Below, piece by piece: positions 1 through 14,000 of a DNA stretch of 64,000 bases. The notes beneath the pieces are model-generated. The model was not told the DNA's origin and searched no databases. It was given only the letters and a program-made list of their open reading frames with translations. Made by a program: the position numbers and the translations under genes. The stretch lies in contig OZ237743.1 of the NCBI GenBank assembly GCA_965178125.1, forward strand, positions 1,116,001-1,180,000, given 5' to 3'. Each line of letters starts with the position of its first letter. Within the stretch, counting starts at the first letter, position 1. The stretch comes from Bilabrum cf. latius (lineage: Eukaryota).

Positions 1-33
1 AGCCAATAACCTGCTTTGTGTGCACGAAATGGC

Positions 34-507
34 ATGAATAGCTTAAACGGGCCACGAAGCTTTGCAGATGTGTTGGCTAGGTCGCAGCAGTCCGGGCGAT
101 TGAACAGCAGCCAGGTCCGAGGGCTAGCACTTGCGTTCGAGGATGCCTACGTCGAAGCTGTCGGGCACGTGGCTTCAAAGTATCGTAGCGATAGCACCCG
201 TGTACTTGTTGGCGCACCATGTCTCTTGACAGGGGGCCTTGCATCATATGAAAAGCACAATGCTGACTGGAGGCTCATAGTCCAGAATGCGCAGCTGTCT
301 CGCCGCCCCAAAGGAGCTTTAGTCGAGTTACCTGGCAGTCGAGTTGAGGTGATGCCACTCAAACAGAGTAGAAGCACTCGAGATGATACCGAACCAGTAG
401 CCGGTGCATTGAAGAAAAGCAGTGCGGTTGGGAAAGCAGATGCGGGCAAAATGGGCAAGGTAGAGGGGCTCCCTTCGGCCGCAAAGAGACGGAGAGTAGA
501 AGGGTAA
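34..507 (+). CDS. Transcription factor IIA gamma (small) subunit-like protein with a basic C-terminal tail
   Basis: SFADVLARSQQSGRLNSSQVRGLALAFEDAYVEAV...LTGGLASYEKHNADWRLIVQNAQL resembles the TFIIA-gamma pattern (two helices, then G-x-L-x-x-Y...W-x-F/L-V). Ends in TAA after NLS-like KRRR. Start uncertain: ATG 34, with an in-frame TAA at 7-9. Confidence 0.5.
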   Translation: MNSLNGPRSFADVLARSQQSGRLNSSQVRGLALAFEDAYVEAVGHVASKYRSDSTRVLVGAPCLLTGGLASYEKHNADWRLIVQNAQLSRRPKGALVELPGSRVEVMPLKQSRSTRDDTEPVAGALKKSSAVGKADAGKMGKVEGLPSAAKRRRVEG

Positions 508-775
508 CGGCTCCATAATGGGGCACCGGTATTTGTGCAGAAGTCTTCGTTCCAGACAAGGAAAGACCGATGGCTTGGATGCGGACCAAGGCAACTTGAA
601 GCGGACGGGAAGGCGCTCGACTCCCCGCACCGAATGCGCAAGGCAGCAACTTGAATGACTGGTATCGGCAGTTGTCTATTATGCTTCATCTATGCTTGCA
701 TAAAATCCCAGTGCTCGCCCGGACGCACTTGCTCCAGCGGCAATGCTCGCTCGCTCGCCAATCCATCCATCGTTA

Positions 776-1700
<925 letters not shown>

Positions 1701-1853
1701 ACTGAAACTTGTTTTATCGGCCTCAATTTTTGCTGGACCCAATTCTGTTCGTCACACCTGTGCTGCGCGGCGCCTTGCGGAACTATTTACATTCCTGGGA
1801 GATTTCGGGACGAAATTCAGTTTGGACAATAGAAGCTGACTACTAAGCGAAGC
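1701..1853. promoter_or_regulatory. Short divergent (bidirectional) promoter region between DPM1 and the Snf7 gene
   Basis: Two start codons face apart across 153 bp. Confidence 0.55.
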
Positions 1854-2906
1854 ATGAATTTCTTTGGCGCCCCCAAGCCCGCACCGAAACCTAGCGTCTC
1901 ACCAGAGAGAATAATGCAGGAGATTACAAAGCTCAACGGGCGGATCGAAGCCGGGGAGCTGCAGTGAGTTTCGCTTGTGGGCCTCTCCAGCGGCTGCGGG
2001 TATGTCATGATAGCTGCATGCCCCCGGCAATAGCAAGCTACTTGCGTATTACTTGTGTAATTAGATCCGACTCGCCAATATGGAGCTCGCTGCCCGTTCA
2101 ACTGTGTCATCGGTTTCGCCATGCTATTCTTGGCAATGCAGGGTGCAAGTCGTACAGAAGAAGGCACTGGACTCGCGAATGAAAGCACGGGCAATTGCAA
2201 CAAAGGATCGACCAGGTAAGGACATGCACTGCCAATCTACACCCGTGCACCGGACGTCGGTGTCAATAGTGGCACGAAACACTAGGAACCCCCCATCCTC
2301 TACACCGCAGGCGCGCTTAGGCACTTGAAGATGGCTAAACGATATGACGCCCAGGTAGCAACGATTCGAGGTGGGATGGACAAGCTAGAAACCCTTAAAG
2401 TAACCCTTGAATCGCAGCAGCACATGAAGGGCTTCGTCGACTCGATCGGCAGCGGTGCGAGAATGCTCAAGGCAACCAATGCACAGATGGATGCGGACGA
2501 TATCGGAGAGCTCATGGGAGACATGGAAGAAGAAATGGCCGTCGCCACGGAAGTGGGCGACGCGATCGCCCAGCCCCTCGCGGGCGACATGGCCATGGAA
2601 TCGGAGCTCGAGGACGAGCTGAACCACATGGTCGAGGAAGAGGCTCTGGCTGGAGGAGTTGGCGCTGTGGCAGCCCCGGGCGCGGCCGCAGCGGCGGCAC
2701 CGGCCCCCGCTGCGGCAGACACGGGCGGCTACATGCCGTCCATGCCGTCAGTGCCTTCGGGGGAGCCCACTGCGGCTCCCGCGGCCGCCAGCCCGGCACC
2801 CAGCGGCAGGGTGGCCATGGCTGCCGGCGGCGGTGCAGGAGGTAGCAGTGGCGGGGGCTCGGCTGCCCCATCTGGTTTCGAGGATCTGGAGGCGATGATG
2901 AGCTGA
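1854..2906 (+). CDS. Snf7/CHMP4-family ESCRT-III subunit; 3 exons (1854-1963, 2142-2215, 2311-2906)
   Basis: Spliced product reads KARAIATKDRPGALRHLKMAKRYDAQVATIRGGMDKLE...QMDADDIGELMGDMEEEMAVATEVGDAIAQP...ELEDEL...FEDLEAMMS, a Snf7 core with a C-terminal MIM-like helix. No TAG; ends TGA. Confidence 0.9.
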
Positions 2907-3132
2907 TGGGCTGGTGCATCTGCCAAGAAAAAGGGGTTGGATGGTGGATTGGGCCACGTGTCGCTTGCAAAACCGGATGCATGATGGTCCTGTGTTTTTT
3001 AGTCGAGCTCGCTTGCCTGTGATCCCGTGTGCTCCCCATTGGGGCGCGTGGTTGGCGGTGCCTTGATTCGCAAATCTGCGTTCTGTTGATGTGACCGGTG
3101 AAGCAATCCTTGTGGAGCATGTGTACTCGGCG

Positions 3133-4110
3133 TCACCTGGCGTGCTTCAGCTGCTCCTCAGCAGTGGTCAGCGGGATGTACCTGACGTGCATGAGAACCT
3201 CCTCGCTGTATGGGATAGCCGCGGTCGAGGCGGGGCCATGGTCCGCTCCATCACCGGCGCCAGTACTGGTGGCACCACCACCGTCATTTGCCGCTGCCCC
3301 TGCTCCATCACCGGCGCCAGTACTGGTGGCACCACCACCGTCATTTGCCCCTGCTCCTGTCCCTGTCCCTACGCAACCAGCACCACCAGCTGTAGCTTTC
3401 TCAGCCGCGCCTGCGTCGGCAGTCCCTTTCCCGGAGTCTTTCAGCCGCGTGATGCGCGAGAACACCTGCCCACCATCCGGCCCGTAAGGGAGCACCATGA
3501 CCCCGCCTGGCTTGAGCTGCTCTAGCAATGCCACTGGGATCTCCCTCGGGGCGGCCCCGACGTGGATGGCATCGTACGGGGCGCCAACTGGCCACCCACT
3601 GAAGCCGTCGGCTGCGTAAATCTCTACCGTTGGTGCTTCACTGTGACTAGTCTCGGGATGTAGCCTTTGTCTAGAGGCTCCGCTTGCTTCGGTCGAGACC
3701 GCAGGTTGCTTGCGGAGCAGGTGGGAATGATTTCTTGATATATTTGCCAGCGATAACTCTACCAGTTTTGGGATGTGGTCGATACCAACAATACGGCTTC
3801 GATCACCGGCAGCATATGCAAGGGCGGCGCATAGGTATCCCGAGCCGCATCCAACATCGAGAAGCCTAGCAGCTGGTTGCAGATGGCTACTAAGCGCTTG
3901 TAAAGCTATTGCATGCATGTGAGGGGCAGAGATCGTAGCACCACTTGATATGTATTGCGGTGCATCATCGTATGCGAAGCCACTCGAAAAGTCGGCTCGA
4001 TCGACCTGAGAAAGTCCGTGTGCGACCCTCTCGGAAAGTTTCCACTGCCTTTGAAGACTTCGAACCAAGCTTAAATGGCTCGATGATGCACGGTAAACTA
4101 CTTGTGACAT
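3133..4110 (-). CDS. Protein-L-isoaspartate O-methyltransferase (PIMT/PCMT family) with a Gly/Ala/Thr repeat insertion
   Basis: AYDDAPQYISSGATISAPHMHA, LLDVGCGSGYL, GIDHIPKLV, APYDAIHVGAA, LLEQLKPGG, VRYIPLT; ends TGA. Confidence 0.95.
   Translation of the reverse strand: MSQVVYRASSSHLSLVRSLQRQWKLSERVAHGLSQVDRADFSSGFAYDDAPQYISSGATISAPHMHAIALQALSSHLQPAARLLDVGCGSGYLCAALAYAAGDRSRIVGIDHIPKLVELSLANISRNHSHLLRKQPAVSTEASGASRQRLHPETSHSEAPTVEIYAADGFSGWPVGAPYDAIHVGAAPREIPVALLEQLKPGGVMVLPYGPDGGQVFSRITRLKDSGKGTADAGAAEKATAGGAGCVGTGTGAGANDGGGATSTGAGDGAGAAANDGGGATSTGAGDGADHGPASTAAIPYSEEVLMHVRYIPLTTAEEQLKHAR
3245..3349. repeat. Tandem duplication with 57-bp period inside the PIMT CDS (ANDGGGATSTGAGDGA twice)
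   Basis: gctccatcaccggcgccagtactggtggcaccaccaccgtcatttgcc occurs at 3245 and 3302. Confidence 0.9.
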
Positions 4111-4590
4111 GTTTCAGTCTCTTGCGCTGAATTATTTGACGCTAATCTTTATATTTTAGCGGTACTCTCGATAGATCTCCAAGACCACGCGATTCGCATA
4201 TTTGAATTCCGGTTTGGGGGGCTGCAAGCGATGCTCTTGCCGAGTTGTTGTTGACCATAGCGAATTTGTATCGTTTGGGTAGGTATGGGGTGTGTTCTCA
4301 CGGGAGCATGCTGCTCGCCGACTCGCTGTCGGTGCTAGTGAGACCAAGGCCGAGAGTGGGGATCGCAACGAGCGGACTCAAAATGTGGATGAGGTCTACA
4401 GTAGGCAACCCAAACCTGAAACATTTGCTGGATACCTAGCATCCGGGTCTCAATTCGTCGCCATCGCATCGTAAATTAAGGTTGCATCAGCTGAAGGAAC
4501 CTTGACCGAAGGTTCCGAGTTGATAGGCTGGATCAGTCGTGACCACATCAGAGGTACCCAAGTGAATCAAAGAGGTACAAATACATTGCC

Positions 4591-6975
4591 ATGAGCGGAA
4601 CAGCGACTGTTAATCCTGGTTTCGGAGATGGACCGGATCCGGCAGATGACAAACCGAAGGACGTCGAGAAACCGAAGGGAGAGGAGGAGGAGAGTCTTGT
4701 AACGAAGCTGACATCCTGGATGGAAAGCCCGACCGCGATCACCATCATCGCGTGCGTAACCATAGTTATGTCTATCATTTCTATCAGCACTGCTGCCTCT
4801 GCCTACGGTACCCTTGTAAGTGTTCTTCTTGTGCTTGGCGCGAGAGGGTAGCTGCCCGGATACTTTTGTCTTTCTGGAGATAAAGCTGTTTGGATCGAAT
4901 GCCGCACCAGATATGATCATTTATGAACATGTGTTGACATGTAGACATAGTTAAGTGGCGGCAGTTCCGCCAGAAAAGGACTTGCAGGCCACTACGCCAC
5001 CCGCCCGTTTGGTTTGAGCCGTTTATGGTGTATCAATCTCGCAGAATAGCCGAGCTTCTGATTTTCGAGGGCTCGTAGACAGCTGGATCCGACCACCGAT
5101 CACGAGCCTGAGCCTCCCGAGCTCGTCTACCGGCAGCTGTAGCGGAAGCGACACGGTGTTGTTCGAGCCAAGCAGACTTGCTTGGCCTGGAGCGGCCCCA
5201 GGCTACTGCGCGTGTCCAAGGAGTGCCGTCGCACGAGAAATCATATCTACAACCGATTCGTGCAATACCAACTAGACCAATGCTGGGTGCGTGACCGGTA
5301 AGTTTGGCTGCGTGATCGAGCTGAATCCAATCCTGACTTCGATACGATGTGCCGGCGGCCATGGCCAGGATTCCTTCACATTTTGAAGCATCCATTTAAT
5401 GCTGTTATAAACATCGCAGATCCCGCCATCGAGTCCATCACCATGCTCTGGAAAGGCGCCGCCACTGTGTGCGCCGGCCGCGACGCCACACCACGCCTCT
5501 ACCAAGAGAACGGCGCCGGCCCGCGCAAGGAGCGCCCCGCGCCCACTGCTGCCGGCACGTGTCCGACCGGTTGGAAGGCGTGCGGGCCCGGCCTGTACAA
5601 CGACGACGGCAGCATCTGCGTGCGGACAAGCGAGTCGTGCCCGGTGACGCGGGTGGACAGGCTGACTGCAGCCGAGTGGGCGTCTCGCAGCAGTGAGTAC
5701 GATGGGTCGGTGCAGCTGGGCGGGGGCAGCTTCGGCGATGCGTACTACTTGGCGTGGGCATCGGCCAGCGCAGGCGCATCTGCAGAGAACCTGTACCTAC
5801 CGTACATGCCCTTCTCAGAGTCCCAGCCATCTCTGTACGAGGAGCTCTGCGTGGGGGAGGGAAGGCACTGGTACAACCAGGCGAGCAGGTCAACCAATGG
5901 GGACGGTCCCACGCGGGACTCGCGCACGTGCCCAGACGCGGGCATGGATTCGCGCTGGTTCTCCGTTGATTCAACCCCCGACACGGGGACCGGCGGATTC
6001 CTTCGGGAGAATTTCGACCTGAACGAGAGGTGCACTGGGTCCAACGCCGGCAATTCCGAGGTGGGGAACATTGACTGCTCGCCGGGCGACACCATCTGCA
6101 ACGATGTCAGAAACACTGGCCGCTGCCAGAAGCTGAGGAACTTCGCGACCGGCCAGAGCGTGTCGGTGGGCTTCATGGCCCGCAAGGAGGTGTTCTGGGC
6201 CAACGGGTGCGAAGTGGACCCAGTGTTCCTGGCCGACAGGGTGGCGCCGACGGACGACGCTGTGGGATCGCTCCTGTGAGTCATCGATCATTGCACATTG
6301 CGGGGTTTGCCCAGATGGTGCACCGCATTGTGCTGCAACGAGGTACATGGCGGCGGAGACTGGAGCACCATCCCTCTGCCTCGTCCATTGAGCCGTGATC
6401 TGCCTCGTCCATTGAGCCGCGATTGTCCCGCTTGCACCGCCTGTCCTGTGGAAGATTTCCCCTGTATGTGTCTCTCGTCCCCCCCCCCCGAACCTCGCAG
6501 GATCGTGCTTGTTGTGAACATCATCTGCAACGTGATCACCATGGGATTCTGCATCTACGTCATCTCGATGGTGTGCTGCTGCACAGAGGACGAGGACGGC
6601 GACGGCAACATCGACAACGAAGTCAAGGCCAAGTACAAGAAGATCAAGTGGGGCAAGACGGTCGTACTGGGTCTCATGGGCCTGGGCAAGATCATCCCCA
6701 TGGCCGTGGTGCTGGGCGGGATCAACAGCCTTCGGACAGACTTTGACAAAGCCAAAGAAGCCGACTGCGGGGATGCAGAGGCCAGCGAGACCATCACGTT
6801 CCTGGAGACCACGCTCGACGACGCGTACACGAACGCGATCATCTCGTTCGTGTCGGATGGTTTCTCGCTCGCGTACGCTCTGTACCTGCTGGTGGCCATG
6901 CTGCTCGGGTGGGGAGAGGAAGAGCCCAGCAAGGAGGAGAGCAAGGGTGACGACGCGGCTGCGGAGGAGTCCTGA
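4591..6975 (+). CDS. Uncharacterised membrane protein, paralog A (N-terminal TM, large Cys-rich ectodomain, 3 C-terminal TMs); 4 exons (4591-4815, 5045-5297, 5420-6275, 6501-6975); TAG at 5273
   Basis: Exon-by-exon colinear with the paralog at 8617-10821 with the same intron phases. The TAG in CNTN[TAG]TNAGCVT aligns to E in the paralog (CNSTEISAGCVT). Ends TGA. Confidence 0.85.
6375..6422. repeat. 24-bp tandem repeat, two copies, in intron 3 of paralog A
   Basis: tctgcctcgtccattgagccgtga followed by tctgcctcgtccattgagccgcga. Confidence 0.85.
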
Positions 6976-7273
6976 GGTGGGCATGACCTGATCTGACGTA
7001 CCAGAGGCATGTGGGTGGGTTAGTGCTCGCGCGCTAGCTACCCTTGTACTGTACTGCTTCTACTTGTTTGCAGCAGTCATTGCAGAGTGTGACTTGCACT
7101 GACACGCGCTTTCAATGTATTTCCATCAGAGGTGCTACACAACACGGTGAACAAAGCTTGGTCTTGCGTTGCTCCTTGCGCGGCGCCTCTCATTCGTGTG
7201 GTTCCGCAACGGCCGATCCTCGACGACGCGTCGCAATGGGCAGGGTAAATCACTTAGAAGACCATACTGAATC

Positions 7274-8345
7274 ATGGGAAGTGCACTTTCGTAGTATGAC
7301 AGGGCACTTGTGCGCCATCCCTTTGTTGTGAAAAGGTAAGCTGCAATCAAACCGTACTGCATCATCTTCTGGACCGTAGTACCACTGCAACTTCTTCACT
7401 CGAACATGCACTCTCCCTGGCTTCATTGTATTTGTGACATCGTAGCATTACAAGTATGACATTGTTTGCACTCGGTGATGTGCTAGGGCAAACTATCGAA
7501 GGAAAAGACAAGTTCGACCCGAAACGAACTGGCCGGCTCGCAGCGTGTGAGATCATACCGAGCAGCACGCTGGATTTTCGATTTCCTCGAAACGTATGAC
7601 AACCAATCCGCCTGATTACTGCCTAATTGTTCTTGCAGGGGGCTTCGGATTCGGTCTCGCGGCACATCCGTGGTACCTAGCACTGAGCCGGATGGTCACT
7701 GCAACTGGCACTCGCGGCGTAGCGATGAAAGTATTTCTGGATCAAACGGTGTGGACGCTTCCAATCAATATCGCGTTTTTGTACTCGACCAGCATGATGG
7801 AGCACGGCGACCACGCCCGATCCCTGCAGAAGTGAGATGGATCTGCCTGGTCATTGCTCTGGGGTATCCTGCATTGCGATGCCTGCCAGTGACGGCTGCC
7901 CAAACCCATCCGCCACCACCAACATCGCAGCGCCAAGAATAAGCTCTGGCCGGTACTTCGCGTGAACTGGGTGGTGTGGCCCGTTCTGCAGGCCGTAAAC
8001 TTCGCATTTGTCCCGGTGCAGTTCCAGGTGCTCTTCGTGAACGTCTGCGTCATTTTCTGGTCGGCATTCCTCTCGGTGATGCAAAGCGACAGCGGTGACG
8101 ATGGGCAGGCAGAACAGACGGCCGATTCCAAGGGCGAGCAGAGTGAGGGGGGCGGCGTGCGAGCAAGTTCCCCTGTGCTCGCCTCTGGCCTGGAGGCAGC
8201 AGAGACGGGTGTCGAGTTGGGCGGGTCCACCGGAGGGAGGAGGCGGGCCCAGTTCCCTGCCCTGGAGGACGTGGGGGTGCAATGCACTGCGGTGAAAGGG
8301 GGCGCCGACGCCGCGATGGACCCCGGGGCGGAGGGCAGGCTCTGA
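7274..8345 (+). CDS. Mpv17/PMP22 family membrane protein; 4 exons (7274-7335, 7446-7546, 7639-7831, 7931-8345); TAG at 7292
   Basis: MGSALS[TAG][90 protein letters not shown]; ends TGA. Confidence 0.93.
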
Positions 8346-8616
8346 AGCGCTGGCCTGACACGGCACCTCTGGTCGTTCTCTGCGGCCTGCTTCCTGTCTC
8401 CATTGCATGGTAATTGCTAGTTCGTGCCATTCATTCAGAGGATATGCGCATAAAGCATAAAATGCAAGCTTCCTTTTAGATGTGTATCGCATACCCGGCA
8501 CACCCGGACCTGAGCGGTGTCCAATCATCACGGTGGGAAAGACTGCCTTCTTGACCGCTGCCCGTGCAGCACCCCAAACACCCCCTGTCTCGCAGCGGTC
8601 CAGCGACTACTCTAGC

Positions 8617-10821
8617 TCACGACCAGTTGTCTACCTTCTCGTCTTTCTCCTCCTTTTTCTCTCCACAACCGAGTAGCATGGCCACTAGCAGGTACAGAGC
8701 GTACAGAAGGGAAAACCCGTCCGACACGAACGAGATGATCGCGCTGCGGTACGCACCGTCGAGCGTGGTGTCCAGGAACGTGATCGTCTCGTTGGCCTCA
8801 GCGTCCCCGCAATCCGCCTGCTTGGCCTGCTCAAAGTCTCCACGCAGTCGGCTGATGCCGCCCAGGACCAGTGCCATGGGTATGATCTTGGTGGCTCCCA
8901 TGAGCCCCAGCACGACCGTCTTGCCCCACTTGATCTTCGCATACTTGGCCTTGACTTCGTTGTCGATGTTGCCGTCGCCGTCCTCGTCTTCGGTGAAGCA
9001 GCACACCATGGCGATGATGTAGGCGCAGAAACCGATCGTGATCACGTTGCAGATGATGTTGACGACCATCACGATGCTGCGAGGCATAGGAACGAAGAAA
9101 CGGAGGGAGCGAATGAAATGCACTGCAATTCAAGACACGTTGACAAGCATACATCCATCCACGTCCGCACTGGCGCCGTGGGGAAGAACGGGCAAGCGCG
9201 GTCGCCTAAAGGATCGGAAGGCAAGTTGCGCAATCGTACAGCTTGTCTCACAGGAGAGCACCCACAGCGTCGTCCGTCGGCGCCACCCGGTCGGCCAGGA
9301 ACACTGGGTCCACTTCGCACCCGTTGGCCCAGAACACCTCCTTGCGGGCCATGAAGCCCACCGACACGCTCTGGCCGCTCGCGAAGTTCCTCAGCTTCTG
9401 GCAGCGGCCAGTGTTGCTGACATCGTTGCAGATGGTATCACCGAGCATGCAGTCGATGTTCCCCGCCTCGGAACTGCCGGCGTTGGGACCGCTGCACCTC
9501 TCGTTCAGATTAAAGTTCCGCGTCAGAAATCCTGCCGCACCCGTGTCAGGGGTGGAGTCCACCTCGAACCAGCGCGAGTCACGCCCGGCCTCCCCGCACG
9601 ACGAAGACTCGCGCACGGGGCCTGACCCGTCCGTTGAGCGAGACGCTGTGACGTACCAGTGCCGGTCTGACCCAAGGCAGACCGCACTATAAAGGGATGG
9701 AAGAGACTCCGAGAAGGGCATGTACGGCAGGTACAGGTTCTGCGCCGTGGCCCCGGGGCTGGCCGATGCCCACGCCAAGTAGTACGCATCGCCGAAGCTG
9801 CCCCCGCCCAGCTGCACCGACCCGTTGTATTGCCCACTGCGCTGCGCCCACTCGGCTGCAGTCAGCCTGTCCACCCGCGTCACCGGGCACGACTCGCTCG
9901 TCCGCACGCAGATGCTGCCGTCGTCGTTGTACAGGCCGGGCCCGCACGCCTTCCAACCGGTCGGACACGTGCCGGCAGCAGTGGGCGCGGGGCGCTCCTT
10001 GCGTGGGCCGGCGCCGTTCTCTTGGTAGAGGCGTGGTGTGGCGTCGCGGCCGACACACAGGACTGACTGCCCCTGCCACAGCATGGAGATTGGGCTAATA
10101 GCAGGATCTGCGAAACAGCAGCGACGAGAATGGATCTTGAACAAGTTTTTCAACGGCAGCCTACTATGCTCGCAGGGATGGATCGTACCTATCCCTGCTT
10201 ACCTGTTACACAACCAGCACTAATTTCAGTGCTATTGCAAGGAAACGTTTTTGAAACGAAGTCTCGCGAGATAGCCCTCCGGGGGCAAGCGCAGTATCCG
10301 GCCGACGCCCCAGGCCATGTCAGCTTATCAGAGACAAACAAGGGATCCTCGTTAGCGACACATGCACCTGTTGTTGGATTTGGAAGGGTGAGGCTTGTGA
10401 TCGGTGGTCGAATCCAGCTGTCGACGAGCCCTCGAAAATCTGAAGCTCGGCTTCGCTGCGAAATGCAGAATACTGGAGGAGAATGACATGGGTCCACATA
10501 AATCAATACCTAGATATTTTATGCAATGATGTAAATGCATGAAATCATCCACGGGTCAGCCTGTCAGACATCCTGTGAACCGCATGCTACCCCACTCCTA
10601 GGTTTGCAACTTACCAGCGTAGTAAAGGCGATCACAGCAGTCACGATAGACACTAGAGACATAACAGATGTCGCGCATGCAATTATGGTGATTGCAGTCG
10701 GGCTCTCCATCCAGGAAGTCAGCTTGGAGACCAGGCTCTCCTCCTGCTTGTTGGGATTCAGCGGCGTAGACTACCGAGGGTTGTCCCCAAAGCCTGGGTT
10801 GATTACTTGCTTTTCAGACAT
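8617..10821 (-). CDS. Uncharacterised membrane protein, paralog B (inverted copy of 4591-6975); 4 exons (10821-10615, 10455-10203, 10107-9252, 9076-8617); TAG at 10773-10771
   Basis: MSEKQVINPGFGDNPR[TAG]STPLNPNKQEESLVSKLTSWMESPTAITIIAC matches exon 1 of paralog A on both sides of the TAG. Ends TGA. Confidence 0.85.
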
Positions 10822-11065
10822 TGTATGCTCAGTTCAAATCGCCGAACTGGTACTCTGGTGTGATTCGGGCGAGCAGCTGCGGGGCCGGTCCTACAGAACC
10901 AAGGAACGGAAGTCACAGGAACGTCCGGCTGGATCTTCCAGACCGCCTTCGCTGGCATTGTCAGTAGAAATCACTGGCTAGTTCGTCCGAGTCAGAGTTC
11001 AAACAGCAGCTCGATTGCTGCGAACGTGCAACATAGCTCGAATCGCGCGAACATTTCGCCTCAAA

Positions 11066-14000
11066 TCAGTCCGTGGCGCCCGTCCCGCCTGTGCCGCCGG
11101 AATCCAGAGCAACGCCAAGCGCCGGCGCCGCACCAACCGTACCGCTCTGGCGGCCCACCTACTCGCTTTCCTCAAGCGGCACAGCCGAGTGATGCCCGTA
11201 TTGCTTTACCTCGCCTTGCTCAGGAGATGGAGGAGCAGGCCATTGCCCGGTCACATGACGCCCATCACGGCCCGGTAATGGTAAACCAGCACCACTAGCA
11301 CCGTGCATGGCGCCTGGCTGCTGGCCCCACACTGCACCAGTGCCCCCACGACTTCCTGCCATTCTACCGACCACGACGGCAGCTCCCACACCGCCTTTGC
11401 CCTTGCCCTTTCCCTTGCCTGCCACCACCTTGCGCGGCCCAAGCACGGCGGCCGCCGCCCGTTCGTCCAACGACTGCGCGAATGACTGCCGGTAGCCCGC
11501 ACTCGTCACACTTCCAACACCGCGCGCCGCGCGCGCCCGCGCAGCCGCGGCGGAAAGCCCTCGTATGCCGGCAGGGGCGCCACCCGCAGGCCGCGGATCG
11601 GTCGCAACTCCCTGGGCCTGGCTCTGGCGCTGGCGACCCGAAGCCTCGTGAACAAGCCCCCCGCTGCTGCTTGCGAAACGACCGGGCGGGTACGCAGCAC
11701 CAGCACTACCACGCAGTGCACCTTGGCCGCTCGCAACTTCCTGCGACTGGACCGACCGATGCAGGCGGGCAATGTGACCGCCACCCACACCAGCTCTTTG
11801 ACCACCCGAGGTCTGCTGCATCCCTTCAACACCATGGTAAACACCCCCCTCTCCAGCTCCAGCTCCAGCCCCAGCCCCAGCCCCGTTGCCACCCTCCGCC
11901 ACAGGCACCAGCCGTATGGCCCTGGAGGATAGCCTCCTTTCAGCCGTGCGGTGCCTGCTGCCGTCGGCCCCCACAGAGGCGCGGCGCCGCTCGTCGCCAG
12001 GAGCAAACCGGAACTGCTCGTCGGAAACCGCCCCTGCACCCGCCCCTGCTCCTGCTCCTGGTCCCGCACCAGCGCCTACCCCCTGCATCTGCACCCCAGA
12101 CCCAGACCCACCCGCTTGCCGCTGTCGCACGGACACGGCTGCCGAGGATGTCGGGGATGGCGACTCGAGGCGGTTGCTGGGGCCTGTGCTTGCCCCACTA
12201 GTCACACCCCCGATCACTCCCAGCCCGACGCTCCCAGAGCCGTCCGAGGCGCCACTGGGAAAGTGCATGCCCCGTCCAGCGCCCGCCCCGAGCCCCGGCC
12301 CACCGGCTCCATGCCTGTAGCCCGCCGGACCCGCCGCACTCGTCACACCACCGGACCCGCTGCCGCCCCTGACTCTCCACGACCCCGACCCCCAGTTCCC
12401 CGAACCGTCCTCCGAGGGAACAGTGAACGGCAGCGACGCCGCCTCCCCCCCGCCGCCCTCCATCCCCACCAAACCAGAAGTGCCGTTCGCGCCGCTCTCG
12501 GCCCCTGGCCCGGACAGCCGGCGCACCTCCTGCCACGGGTGATCGACGCCCCCCGCCCCCGGCGAGGATCCCAGGCTGTGGATCGAGTGTGACGAGTGGT
12601 TATGGTGTGACGATTGCCCTGCGTGGCGGTACAAGCCTCCACCCTGTTCGAGCGATCGCACGAGGTCGCCCTCTTCTCCGCTGGCGCCATCCAACTCATC
12701 CACCTCGTCCTCGTCCTCATCATCGTCATCTTCCATCCCATACCCACCGTGCGCAGAATATACGCGATCACCAAGCCCGGAACTGTCGCCGTCCTCCCCC
12801 TCCCCTTCCAACCCCGAGCCCATGGGCAGGCCGTCGCTGTCCTCCCCGCTGTCGCTCTCAAACAGGTGGCCATCTCCACTGTTCCCCGCTGGTCCACCTG
12901 GCCCCGTTTCCATTCCGAATCCAAATCCGACGGCGGGGCCCTGCGGAAATCCAGACTCGTCCATCCGCATCTGCGCGCCCCCTATCCCCATCCCGTGAAA
13001 CCGCCCGCTGGAATGCACAGTTGGCCCCGCGCCCTCCTGCCCTGACCCATCCTAGTAGAAACCGCTGCGATGGGCCCCCGCCCCAATGCCGCCGGCATCC
13101 ATCATCATGCGAAGCCCGATGGCCCCTTCGATCGGCACCACGGAGTCTCCCACTCCCGCGCGATCGTGCGCTGCACCCTGGCCGGTGCCAGCCCTCCTAT
13201 CTAAGACGGCACCTTCCTACTACTACTCCTCTTCTTCCTCCCCACCATGTATGCTGGACATAGACAGGCGGTCGCTGAGATGCATCACCTCCTGTTCTTC
13301 CTCGCCGGGTGTCATCGGCGCCTGCGCGCTGTCGTGCCATGCACCCGGGCGTGTTGCAGACAGGAGATCCACAGCCATTTCGCCCGACAGGCCCGTGCCG
13401 CGCCGCCCGTGTCCTGCGGAACCTCCTTCGGCGCCGCGCGCCGACAGGGGTGCGATAGTCCCCTCGGGGCGCCAGCCATTTCCGGCTCCGGACTGCGACC
13501 CAGCGGACGAGTGGGAGGGCTCTAGGACTCCTCCACCCCTGCTACTAGTGCGGCGGCCCGCTCTCGCTCTGGCGCTCACCGGCCTCTGCTCGGCAGCCGC
13601 GCCAGATGCGACCATGCTGCGCACCGCGTACGCTGCACCGGCACCATTTCCTCCATGCGCCCCCTCTCGCGCGCCGATCCACCGCTGGGCCGCTGGACGG
13701 ACGGGGGCGGCTTGTTGGCCAGCCCCACGCTAGGAAGCGGACGCCCGCGCGGCCGCACTCGAGGGGGAAAGCGTGGGGGTGATGGCAGAGTCCGAAGGAC
13801 TCAAGGCGCCGGATGACTAGCGGTTCCGCAGGCGCGGCGCCGCGCCGAGCGCGTCCGAGTACCTCCTGCTTCCGCTGCCCCTGCTGCTGCTCCTGCTGCC
13901 GTCTGGGAGCTCTTCCATCCCGGCCGCATTCGGGTGCCCTTGTCCTTGTTCCCTGGACACCGAGGATCCGGTGGACATGCCACGGAGCTTGCCGGACGCC

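Noticed and set aside
4120-4590. Short ORFs between PIMT and paralog A
   Set aside because: No motif support; probably a divergent intergenic region.
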